Assembly: GCA_002269645.1 (NCBI GenBank)
Contig: NIVC01002695.1
Coordinates: forward strand, 1 to 64,000
Origin: Macrostomum lignano
Lineage: Eukaryota
DNA: 64,000 bases
Reading direction: 5' to 3'
Of the stretch, positions 49,501-62,625 are shown in pieces (the stretch's first letter is position 1; each line of letters opens with the position of its first letter). The notes under the pieces are model-generated. The model saw only the letters and a list, made by a program, of their open reading frames with translations. It did not search any database and was not told the origin of the DNA. The translations under genes were made by a program, and so were the position numbers.

Positions 49501-52500
49501 GTAGCTCTTTTATATTCGACATGGTGGCTGTTTTAGGTTTGACATGGTGGCTCTTTTATGTTCGACATGGTGGCTCTTTAATGTTCGACATGGTGGCTCT
49601 TTAATGTTTGACATGGTGGCTCTTTAATGTTTGACATGGTGGCTCGTTAATATTCTACATTGTGGCTCTTAAGTGTTCGAAATGGTAGCTCTTTTATATT
49701 CGACATGGTGGCTGTTTTAGGTTTGACATGGTGGCTCTTTTATGTTCGACATGGTGGCTCTTTAATGTTCGACAAAGTGGCTCCTAAATGTTTGACATAG
49801 TGGCTCTTTAATGTTCAAAATGGTGGCTCTTTTATGTTTGACATGTTGGCTGTTTTATGTTTGACATGGTGGCTCTTTTATATTCGACATGGCGGCTCTT
49901 TGATGTTCGAAATGGTGGCTCTTTTATGTTCGACATGGTGGCTCTTTAATGTTCGAAATGGTGGCTCTTTAATGTTTAACATGGTGGCTCTTTAATGTTT
50001 AACATGGTGGCTCTTTAATATTCTTCATGTTATAGCTCTTTTATGTTTGACATGGTGGCTCTTTATGTTTGACATGTTGGCTCTTTTATGTTTAACATGT
50101 TGGCTCTTTTATGTTTGACATGGTGTCTCTTTAATGTTCAAAATGGTGGCTCTTTTATGTTTGACATGTTGGCTGTTTTATGTTTGAAATGGTGGCTCTT
50201 TTATATTCGACATGGTGGCTGTTTTAGGTTTGACATGGTGGCTCTTTAATGCTTGACATGGTGGCTCTTTAATGTTCGACATGGTGGCTCTTTAATGTCT
50301 GACATGTTGGCTCTTTTATGTTTGACATGGTGGCTCTTTAATGTTCGAAAAAGTGGCTCCTGAATGTTTGACAAAGTGGCTCTTTGATGTTCGAAATAGT
50401 GGCTCTTTTATGGTCGACATGGTGGCTCTTTAATGTTCGAAATGGTCGCTTTTTAATGTTCGAAATAGTGGCTCTTTAATGTTCGAAATAGTCGCTTTTT
50501 AATGTTTGAAATAGTGGCTCTTTTATGTTCGACATGGTGGCTCTTTTAGGTTTGAAATGGTGGCTCTTTTGTGTTTGACATTGTGGCTCTTTAATGTTTT
50601 ATATGGTGGTTCTTTTATGGTTGACATGGTGGCTTTTTTATGTTTGACATGTTGGCTCTTTAATGTTTGATATGGTGGCTCTTTTATGTTTGACATTGTG
50701 GCTCTTTAATGTTTGATATGGTGGTTCTTTTATGGTTGACATGGTGGCTTTTTTATGTTTGACATGTTGGCTCTTTTATGTTTGGCATGGTGGCTCTTTT
50801 ATGTTCGACATGGTGGCTCAATGATGTCCGACATGGGGGCTCTTTTATGTTTGACATGGTGGCTCTTTTATGTTCGACATGTTGGCTCTTTTATGTTTGG
50901 CATGGTGGCTCTTTAATGTCTGACATGGTGGCTCAATAATATTCGACATGGTGGCTCTTTTATGTTTGACATGCTGGCTCTTTAGTGTTTGACATGCTGG
51001 CTCTTTAATGTTTGACATGGTGGCACTTTTATGTTTGACCTGGTGGCTCTTTAATGTTTTACATGGTGGCTCTTTAATATTTGACATGGTGGCCCTTTTA
51101 TGTTCGACATGGTGGCTCTTCAATGTTAGACATGGTGGCTCTTTAATATTCGACATGGTGGCTCTTTAATGTTTGACATTGCGGCTCTTTAATGTTTGAC
51201 ATGGTGGCTCTTTTATGTTGGACATGGTGGTTCTTTTATGTTCGACATGGCGGCTCTTTTTTTTGTTTGACATGGTGGCTCTTTACTGTTTGACCTGGAC
51301 TCACATATATGTTTGACATGGTGGCTTTTTTATGTTTTACATGGTGGCTCTTTAATGTTAGATATGGTGGCTCTTTAATGTTTGACATGGTGGCTCTTTA
51401 ATGTTAGACATGGTGGCTCTTTAATGGTCGACATGGTGGCTCTTTAATATTCGACATGGTGGCTCTTTAATGTTTGGCATGGTGGCTCTTTAATGTCTGA
51501 CATGGTGGCTCAATAATATTCGACATGGTGGCTCTTTTATGTTTGACATGCTGGCTCTTTAGTGTTTGACATGCTGGCTCTTTAATGTTTGACATGGTGG
51601 CACTTTTATGTTTGACCTGGTGGCTCTTTAATGTTTTACATGGTGGTTCTTTTATGTTCGACATGGCGGCTCTTTTTTTTGTTTGACATGGTGGCTCTTT
51701 ACTGTTTGACCTGGACTCACATATATGTTTGACATGGTGGCTTTTTTATGTTTTACATGGTGGCTCTTTAATGTTAGATATGGTGGCTCTTTAATGTTTG
51801 ACATGGTGGCTCTTTAATGTTAGACATGGTGGCTCTTTAATGGTCGACATGGTGGCTCTTTAATATTCGACATGGTGGCTCTTTAATGTTTGGCATGGTG
51901 GCTCTTTAATGTCTGACATGGTGGCTCAATAATATTCGACATGGTGGCTCTTTTATGTTTGACATGCTGGCTCTTTAGTGTTTGACATGCTGGCTCTTTA
52001 ATGTTTGACATGGTGGCACTTTTATGTTTGACCTGGTGGCTCTTTAATGTTTTACATGGTGGTTCTTTTATGTTCGACATGGTGGCTCTTTAATATTTGA
52101 CATGGTGGCTCTTTACTGTTTGACCTGGACTCACATATATGTTTGACATGGTGGCTCTTTTATGTTTGATATGGTGTCTTTTTTATGTTTTACATGGTGG
52201 CTCTTTAATGTTAGACATGGTGGCTCTTTAATGTTTGACATGGTGGCTCTTTACTTTTCGAAATGGTGGCTCTGTTTTATGTTTGACCTGGTGGCTCTTT
52301 AATGTTCGACATAGTGGCTGTTTTATGTTTGACATGGTGGCTCTTTAATGTTTGACATGGTAGTTCTTTTATGTTTGATATGGTGGCTCTTTTATGTTCG
52401 ACATAGTGGCTCTTTAATGTTCGACATGGTGGCTCTTTTAGGTTTGAAATGGTGGCTCTTTTGTGTTTGACATTGTGGCTCTTTAATGTCTGACATGGTG

Positions 52501-54197
52501 GCTCTTCTATGTTTGACATGGTAGCACTTTAATCTTCGACATTGTGGCTCTTTAATGTTTGATATGGTGGCTCTTTTATGTTTGACATTGTGGCTCTTTA
52601 ATGTTTGATATGGTGGTTCTTTTATGGTTGACATGGTGGCTTTTTTATGTTTGACATGTTGGCTCTTTTATGTTTGGCATGGTGGCTCTTTTATGTTCGA
52701 CATGGTGGCTCAATGATGTTCGACATGGTGGCTCTTTTATGTTTGACATGGTGGCTCTTTTATGTTCGACATGTTGGCTCTTTTATGTTTGGCATGGTGG
52801 CTCTTTAATGTCTGACATGGTGGCTCAATAATATTCGACATGGTGGCTCTTTTATGTTTGACATGCTGGCTCTTTAGTGTTTGACATGCTGGCTCTTTAA
52901 TGTTTGACATGGTGGCACTTTTATGTTTGACCTGGTGGCTCTTTAATGTTTTACATAGTGGCTCTTTAATATTTGACATGGTGGCCCTTTTATGTTCGAC
53001 ATGGTGGCTCTTCAATGTTAGACATGGTGGCTCTTTAATATTCGACATGGTGGCTCTTTAATGTTTGACATTGCGGCTCTTTAATGTTTGACATGGTGGC
53101 TCTTTTATGTTGGACATGGTGGTTCTTTTATGTTCGACATGGCGGCTCTTTTTTTTGTTTGACATGGTGGCTCTTTACTGTTTGACCTGGACTCACATAT
53201 ATGTTTGACATGGTGGCTTTTTTATGTTTTACATGGTGGCTCTTTAATGTTAGATATGGTGGCTCTTTAATGTTTGACATGGTGGCTCTTTAATGTTAGA
53301 CATGGTGGCTCTTTAATGGTCGACATGGTGGCTCTTTAATATTCGACATGGTGGCTCTTTAATGTTTGGCATGGTGGCTCTTTAATGTCTGACATGGTGG
53401 CTCAATAATATTCGACATGGTGGCTCTTTTATGTTTGACATGCTGGCTCTTTAGTGTTTGAAATGCTGGCTCTTTAATGTTTGACATGGTGGCACTTTTA
53501 TGTTTGACCTGGTGGCTCTTTAATGTTTTACATGGTGGTTCTTTTATGTTCGACATGGTGGCTCTTTAATATTTGACATGGTGGCTCTTTAATGTTTGAC
53601 ATTGTGCTTTTTTGTGTTTAGCATTTGTGTTTTTAAGGTTTTTGAATAAAAAAATCTTTTTGCACTACTAAGATTCGAACCCAGGTCGCTGCATTAGCAG
53701 TCCAGTCTGTTCGCATCTATGCTATCTCTTGTCAATTGGAGTACGTTAATTGTGGCCCTTATAATTAAATTCTTATAGCAAATCGGTTAGAGTAAAAAGT
53801 TATGACATAATCAATTTCTCAGTCAGCCAGTATCAGTGTCAATTTAAGTTAGCAATATTGTTACGCAATTTAAATAAAGTTTTGTGTGCATTTGTTCGGC
53901 ACTGTTTTCAACTGGTTGTGATGTAATCTTTATCACAATTGGAATTCAGTCAGTCAGTTTTTTCTCTAGCATTCTTACAATGCATTTCAGGTCGAAAGAG
54001 CTGCTTGACCTTTGCAAAAAAGCATGTTTTTCGAATATTTAATCCCTTTAGAATTGAGCAATTTCTTAGCCAAGATGCATGTACCGTCCCAGGAAAATTT
54101 CTGATCGAATGGTGCAAGTTTGAAGAAAATCGGTTGAGCCATTTTTTCTGAAATCTATCGCATAGCTAGTTACAGACATTTAATTTTTAGTATATAA
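46586..54197 (-). mobile_element. Helitron-like unit 5 (23-bp satellite 46970-53605)
   Basis: Same termini and 5' region as unit 4. Confidence 0.75.
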
Positions 54198-57100
54198 CTA
54201 GCAATCTTCGCCCCCCGATGGGGGACATCTGGTTAGAATCCTTGTTCTTTACAAATAACAAATAGACAGCGAACTAAAGCCTTCAAAAAACAACAACAGA
54301 CATTCCCTCTAAAAACAAAACATCCCAAGACAGCAAGCATCCTCAGACAGCATTCAAGCATCGATCCCAAAATAGCAAGCATCCCCCAGGTAGCAAGCAT
54401 CCCCCCGATAGCAAGCAACCCCAGATAGCAAGCATCCGCAGATAGCAAGCATTCCCCAGACCCCAGATAGTAAGCATCCCCAGATAGCAAGCATCCCCCA
54501 GATCGCAAGCATCCCCCAGATCGCAAGCATCCCCCAGATAGCAAGCACCCCAAATAGTAAGCATCCACCATACAATAAGTAAAGTAGCTAGTGCTACAAT
54601 TTCCTTAGCTCTATAGTGGCTCCTTTAAAATTGGCATGACGCTTACTTTTACGTTTGAAATTGTGTAAATTTTATGTTTGACATGGTGGCTCTTTAATGT
54701 TTGACATGGTGGCTTTTTAATGTTTGACATGGTGGCTCTTTAATGTTTGACATGGTGGCTCTTTTATGTTCTACATGGTGGCTCTCTTATGTTTGATTCA
54801 GGGTTTTTTTAATGTCTGACATGGTGTCTCTTTATTGTTTGACATGGTGGCGTTTTACTGTTTGACATTATGGCTCTTTAATTTTTGACATGGTGGCTCT
54901 TTTATGTTTGAAATGGTGGCTCTTTATGTTAGACATGGTGGCTCTTTAATGTTCGACATGGTGGCTCTTTAATGTTAGACATGATGGCTCTTTAATGTTT
55001 GACATTGCGGCTCTTTTAATGTTTGACATGGTGGCTCTTTTATGTTGGACATGGTGGCTCTTTTTTGCTTGACATGGTGGCTCTTTACTGTTTGACATGG
55101 TGGCTCTTTAATGTTCGAAATGGTGGCTCTTTAATGTTTGACATGATGGCTCTTTTATGTTTGACATGGTGGCTCTTTTATGTTGGACATAGTGGTTCTT
55201 TAATGTTCGACATTGGTTGCTCTTTTATGTTCAAAAAGGTGGCTTTTTAATGTTAGACATGGTGGCTCTTTAATGTTCGACATGGTGGCTCTTTAATGTT
55301 AGACATGGTGGCTCTTTATTGTTCGACATGATGGCTCTTTAATGTTTGACATTGCGGCTCTTTAATGTTTGACATGGTGGCTCCTTTATGTTTGACATGG
55401 TGGCTCTTTTTTGATTGACATGGTGGCTCCTTTATGTTTGACATGATGGCTCTTTTATGTTTGACATGGTGGCTCTTTAATGTTTTACGTGGTGGCTCTT
55501 TAATGTTCTTCATGGTAGCTCTTTTATGTTTGACATGGAGTCACGAATATACTTGACATGGTGACTCGTTATTGTTCGACATGGTGGCTCTTCTATGTTT
55601 GACATGGTAGCACTTTAATGTTTGACATGCTGGCTCTATAATGTTTGACATGGAGTCACATATATGTTGGACATGGTGGCTCTTTAATGTTCGACATGGT
55701 GGCTCTTTAATGTTTGACATGGTGGCTCTTCAATGTTTGACATGATGGCTCTTCAATGTTTGACATTGCGGCTCTTTAATGTTTGACATGGTGGCTCCTT
55801 TATGTTTGACATGGTGGCTGTTTTAAGTTTGACATGGTGGCTCTTTTTTGATTGACATGGTGGCTCCTTTATGTTTGACATGATGGCTCTTTTATGTTTG
55901 ACATGGTGGCTCTTTTATGTTTGACATGGTGGCTGTTTTATGTTTGACATGGTGGCTCTTCTATGTTTGACATGGTGGCTCTTTAATGTTCTACATGGTG
56001 GCTCTCTTATGTTTGATTCGGGTTTTTTTAATGTCTGACATGGTGTCCCTTTATTGTTTGACATAGTGGCTCTTTTATGTTTGACATGATGGCTCTTTAA
56101 TGTTCGACATGGTGGCTCTTTAATGTTTGACATGGTGGCTCTTTAATGTTTGACCTGGTGGCACCTTAATGTAATGATGGCTCTTTAATGTTTGAAATGG
56201 TGGCTCTTTAATGTTCGACATGGTGGCTCCTTTATGTTTAACATGGTGCTCTTAAATGTTTGACATCGTGGCTCTTTAATGTTTGACATGGTGGCTCTCT
56301 AGTGTTTCACATGGAGTCACGTCTGTGTTTGACATGGAGTCACGTATATATTTGGCATGGAGTCACGTATATGCTTTTCATGGTGGCTCTTTTATGTTTG
56401 ACATGGTGGGTCTTTAATTTTTGACATGATGGCTCTTTAATGTTCGACATGATGGCTGTTTAATGTTTGTTATGTAGTCATGTGTATATGTTTTACATGG
56501 TGGCTCTTTTATGTGTGACATGGAGTCACGTATATATTTGACATGGAGTCACATATATGTTTGACATGGTGGCTCTTTAGTGTTCGATATGGTGGCTGTT
56601 TAATGTTTGACATAGTGGCTATTTTATGTTTGACATAGTGGCTCTTTAATGTCTGACATGGTGGCTCTTTAATGTTTGACATGGTGGCTCTTTTATGTTC
56701 GACATGGTGGCTCTTTAATGTACGACATAATGGCTCGTTTATTTTCGACATGGTGGCTCTTTAGTGTTTGACATGGCTTTTTAATGTTTGACATGGTGGC
56801 TCTTTTATGCTTGACATGGTGGCTCTTTAACGTTCGACATGGTGGCTCTTTAATGTTTGACATGGTGGCTCTTTTATGCTTGACATGGTGGCTCTTTAAT
56901 GTTTGACATAAAGTCACTTATACATGGTGTCTCTTAAATATTAGACATGGTGGCTCGTTTAGGTTTGACATGTTGGCTCTTTTATGTTTGACATGGTGGC
57001 TCTTTTATGTTCGACATGGTGGCTCTTTTTTGTTCTACATGGTAACTCTTTTATGTTTGATACGGTGGCTTTTTAATATCTGACATGGTGGCTCATCTAT

Positions 57101-58272
57101 GTTTGACATTGTGGCTCTTCTGTGTTTGACATGGTGGCTGTTTAATGTTTGACATGGTGGCTCTTTAATGTACGACATAATGGCTCGTTTAAGTTGGACA
57201 TGGTGGCTTTTTAATGTTTGACATGGTAGCTCTGTTATGTTCGACATGGTGGCTCTTTTAGGTTTGACATGGTGGCTCTTAAATGTTTCACATGGTGGCT
57301 CTTAAATGTCTTACATGGTGGCTCTTTTATGTTTGACAATGTGGCTGTTTAATGTTTTACATGGCGGCTCTTTTATGTTCGACATGGTGGCTCTTTAATG
57401 TTTGACATGCTAGCTCTTTAATGTTCGACATAGTGGCTCTTTTATGTTTGGCATGGTGGCTATTTAATGTTCTTCATGGTGGCTCTTTTACGTTTGACAT
57501 GGTGGGTCTTTAATGTTCGACGTGGTGGCTCTTTAATTTTCGAAATGGTGACTCTTTTATGTTTCACATGGTGGCTCTTTAATGTTTGACATAGAGTGAC
57601 GTATATGTTTTACATGGTGCCCATGTAATGTTTGACATGGTGCCTCTTTTATGTTTGACATTGTGCTTTTTTATGTTTAGCAGTTTCGTGTTTTCAAGGT
57701 GTTTTAATAAAAAAATCTTTTTGCAGCACTAAGATTGGAACCCAGGTCGCTGCATTAGCAGTCCAGTCTGTTCGCATCTATGCTATCTCTTTTCAATTGG
57801 CGAACATGATTTGTGGCCCTTATAATTCAATGCTTACAGCAAGTTGGTTAGAGTAAAAAGTTATGACATAATCAATTTCTTAGTCAGCCAGTATCAGTGT
57901 CAATTTAAGTTAGCAATATTGTTACGCAATTTCAATCAAGTTGTGTGTGCATTTCTTTGGCACTGTTTTCAACTTGTTGTGATGCAATCTTTATCAGAAT
58001 TGAAATTCAGTCAGTCAGTTTTTTCTCTAGCATTCTTACAATGCATTTCAGATCGAAAGAGCCGCTTGACCTTTGCAAAAAAGCCTGTTTTTCGAATATT
58101 TAATCCCTTTAATATTGAGCAATTTTTTAGCCAAGATGCATGTACCGTCCCAGGAAAATTTCTGATCGAATGGTGCAAGTTTGAAGAAAATCGGTTGAGC
58201 CATTTTTTCTGAAATCTATCGCATACCTACCTACCTACCTACCCACAGACAACTCATTTTTAGTATATAGGA
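54198..58272 (-). mobile_element. Helitron-like unit 6 (23-bp satellite 54670-57665)
   Basis: TC start with (ACCT)n, hairpin and CTAG end. Closely resembles unit 1. Confidence 0.75.
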
Positions 58273-61200
58273 CTAGCAATCTTCGCCCCCCGATGGGGGA
58301 CATCTGGATAGAACTTCTGTTCTCTACAAGTAACAAAAGGACAGCCAAATAGAGTCTTTACAAAGACAACAGAAAAACTGCCCAAATGAAGCACAATGCA
58401 AAAAGAAAACATCCTAAGACAGCAAGCACCCCCCTCCCCCCAGATAGCAAGCACCCCCAGATAGCAAGCACCCCAAGATAGCAAGCATCCCTCAGATAGC
58501 AAGCACCCCAGATAGAAAGAACCCCCAGATAGCAAGCATCCAATTGATAGCAAGTATCTATCCTTAAATAGCAAGCATCCACCAGACAAAAAGTATATAG
58601 TGCAACATTTCCTTAGCTTTCTAGGGGCTGCTTTATGATTGGCATGACGCTTCTTATTACGTTTGAAAATGTCTCTCCTGTGTTTGAAATGGTGGCTATT
58701 TTATTTTTGAATTCGTGGCTTTTTAATGTTTGGCATGGTGACTCTTTAATGTTCTACATGGTGGCTCGTCAATGTTTGACATCGTGCCAGTTTTATGTTT
58801 GTCATGGTGGCTCCTTAATGTTAGAAACGGTGGCTCTTTAATGTTTGACATGGAGTCACATATATGTTTCACATGGTGGCTCTTCTATGTCTAACTTGTA
58901 GCTCTTTTATGTTTGACATCGTGGCTCGTTAATGTTCGACATGGTGGCTGTTTAACTTTCGACATGGTGGCTCTTTAATGTTCGACATGGTGGCTCTTTA
59001 ATGTTTGACATGGTGGCTCTTTAACGTTCGACATGGTGGCGCTTTAATGTTCGACATGGCGGCTCTTTACTGTTTGACATGGGGCTCTTTAATGTTCAAC
59101 ATGGTGGCTCTTTAATGTTCGACAGGTTGGCTCTTTAATGTTTGACATGGTGGCTCTTTAATGTTCAACATGGTGGCTCTTTATTGTTTGACATGGTGGC
59201 TTTTTAATGTTCGACATGGTGTCTCTTTAATGCTCGACATTGTGGCTCTTTAATGTTCTACATTGTGGCTCTTTAATTTTCTACATTGTTGCTCTTTAAT
59301 GTTTGACATGGTGGCTCTTTAATGTTCTACATGGTGGTTCTTTAATGTTCTACATTGTGGCTTTTTAATGTTCTACATTGTGGCTCTTTAATATTTAACA
59401 TGGTGGCTCTTTAATGTTCAACATGGTGGCTCTTTATTGTTTGACATGGTGGCTCTTTAATGTTCGACATGGTGGCTCTTTAATGTTCGACATGGTGGCT
59501 CTTTATTGTTCAAATTGTGGCTCTTTAATGTTCTACATTGTGGCTCTTTAATGTTCTACATATTGTGGCTCTTTAATCTTCGACATGGTGGCTCTTTAAT
59601 GTTTGATATTGTGGCTCTTTAATGTTCTACATATTGTGGCTCTTTAATGTTCGACATGGTGGCTCTTTAATGTTCTACATTGTGGATCTTTATTGTTTGA
59701 CATGAAGGCTTTTTAATTTTTGACATCATGGCTCTTTAATGTTCTACATTGTGGCTCTTTAATGTTCTACATTGTGGCTCTTTAATGTTCTACATTGTGG
59801 CTCTTTAACGTTCGACAGGGTGGCTCTTTAATGTTTGACATGGAGTCACGTATGTGTTAGACATGGAGTCATGTATATATTTGGCATGGAGTCACATATA
59901 TGCTTTACATGGTAGCTCTTTAATGTTTGACATGTTGGCTCTTTAATGTGTGACATGGTGGCTCTTTAATGTTTGACATGGAGTCATGTATGTGTTTGGT
60001 ATGGAGTCAGGTATATATTTGGCATGGAGTCACGTATATGTTTGACATGGTGGCTCTTTAATTTTTGACATAGTGGCTCTTTAATGTTTGACATAGTGGC
60101 TCTTTAATGTTTGACATGGTGGCTCTTTTATGTTTGACATGGTGGCTCTTTAATGCTTGACATAGTGGCTCTTTAATGTTTGACATAGTGGCTCTTTAAT
60201 GTTTGACATGGTGGCTCTTTTATGTGTGACATGGAGTCACGTATATATTTGACTTAGAGTCACATATGTGTTTGACATGGTGGCTCTTTAGTGTTCGATA
60301 TGGTGGCTCTTTAATGTTTGACATGGTGGCTCTTTAATGTTTGACATAGTGGCTCTTAATTTTTTACTTGGTGGCTCTTTAATGTTTGACATGGTTGCTC
60401 CTTACTATATGACATGGTGGCTCTTTAATGTTTGACATGGAGTCACGTATGTGTTTGACATGGAGTCACGTATATATTTGGCATGGAGTCACGTAAATGC
60501 TTTACATGGTGGCTCTTTATGTTCGACAAAGAGTCATAAGTATATGTTTTACATGGTGGCTCTTTTATGTTTGACATGGAGTCACGTATATGTTTGACAT
60601 GTAGTCACGTATATGTTTGACTTGGAGTCACATATATGTTTGACATGGTGGCTCTTTAATGTTTGACATGGTGGCTTTTTAGTGTTTGACATGGTGGCTC
60701 TTTAATGTTTGACATGGAGTCACGTATATGTTTGACATGTAGTCACGTATATGTTTGACATGGAGTCACATATATGTTTGACATGGTGGCTCTTTAATGT
60801 TTGACATGGTGGCTTTTTAGTGTTTGACATGGTGGCTCTTTAATGTTTGACATGGTGGCTCTTTATGCTTGACATGGTGGCTCTTTTATGCTTGACATGG
60901 TGGCTCTTTAATGTTCGACATGGTGGCTCTTTAATGTTTGACATGGTGGCTCTTTGATGTTTGACATGGTGGCTCTTTAATATTCTACATTGTGGCTCTT
61001 AAGTGTTCGAAATGGTGGCTCTTTTATATTCGACATGGTGGCTGTTTTAGGTTTGACATGGTGGCTTTTTTATGTTCGACATGGTGGCTCTTTAATGTTC
61101 GACATGGTGGCTCTTTAATGTTTGACATGGTGGCTCTTTAATGTTTGACATGGTGGCTCGTTAATATTCTACATTGTGGCTCTTAAGTGTTCGAAATGGT

Positions 61201-62243
61201 AGCTCTTTTATATTCGACATGGTGGCTGTTTTAGGTTTGACATGGTGGCTCTTTTATGTTCGACATGGTGGCTCTTTAATGTTCGACATGGTGGCTCTTT
61301 AATGTTTGACATGGTGGCTCTTTAATGTTTGACATGGTGGCTCGTTAATATTCTACATTGTGGCTCTTAAGTGTTCGAAATGGTAGCTCTTTTATATTCG
61401 ACATGGTGGCTGTTTTAGGTTTGACATGGTGGCTCTTTTATGTTCGACATGGTGGCTCTTTAATGTTCGACAAAGTGGCTCCTAAATGTTTGACATAGTG
61501 GCTCTTTAATGTTCAAAATGGTGGCTCTTTTATGTTTGACATGTTGGCTGTTTTATGTTTGACATGGTGGCTCTTTTATATTCGACATGGCGGCTCTTTG
61601 ATGTTCGAAATGGTGGCTCTTTTATGTTCGACATGGTGGCTCTTTAATGTTCGAAATGGTGGCTCTTTAATGTTTAACATGGTGGCTCTTTAATGTTTAA
61701 CATGGTGGCTCTTTAATATTCTTCATGTTATAGCTCTTTTATGTTTGACATGGTGGCTCTTTATGTTTGACATGTTGGCTCTTTTATGTTTAACATGTTG
61801 GCTCTTTTATGTTTGACATGGTGTCTCTTTAATGTTCAAAATGGTGGCTCTTTTATGTTTGACATGTTGGCTGTTTTATGTTTGAAATGGTGGCTCTTTT
61901 ATATTCGACATGGTGGCTGTTTTAGTTTGACATGGTGGCTCTTTAATGCTTGACATGGTGGCTCTTTAATGTTCGACATGGTGGCTCTTTAATGTCTGAC
62001 ATGTTGGCTCTTTTATGTTTGACATGGTGGCTCTTTAATGTTCGAAAAAGTGGCTCCTGAATGTTTGACAAAGTGGCTCTTTGATGTTCGAAATAGTGGC
62101 TCTTTTATGGTCGACATGGTGGCTCTTTAATGTTCGAAATGGTCGCTTTTTAATGTTCGAAATAGTGGCTCTTTAATGTTCGAAATAGTCGCTTTTTAAT
62201 GTTTGAAATAGTGGCTCTTTTATGTTCGACATGGTGGCTCTTC
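58273..62243 (-). mobile_element. Helitron-like unit 7, 5'-truncated (23-bp satellite 58670-62243)
   Basis: Hairpin and CTAG end. Near-identical to 46586-50544, then ends abruptly into unique AT-rich DNA. Confidence 0.7.
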
Positions 62244-62625
62244 AATTAATAGTATTCAATTACGATAAATGTGGTAATTGCGAGCGAAGTTAAAACGGTG
62301 CCTAGGCGTTCAGGTTGAGTTGGAAGAAGTATAGGCGACGTTTTTTTAATCTTAGACCGGTTTTAGAAATTAAATTAATTCTTAATTGTAATTTGACTAT
62401 CATTTATCTAGATTATTTTTACATTTAGTCTGCTTAACATTTATTTTACTAAGGAGGTTAAAATGGCAGTTTAAGTCATTTTAAGTCACTCGAACGCACC
62501 CATACTGGCATCACTGGCAGCAGTGTACTAAAACAAATATTTTTCTAATGTTCATATTTAATAAAAGTCAGGTGTCAGTTTAACTAAAAATATATATATA
62601 ATTATTATTAAAATTTTAGATTTTA

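Noticed and set aside
36230-62243. CRISPR-like appearance of regularly recurring conserved motifs
   Set aside because: Monomers are contiguous with no unique spacers, there are no cas genes, and the context is eukaryotic.
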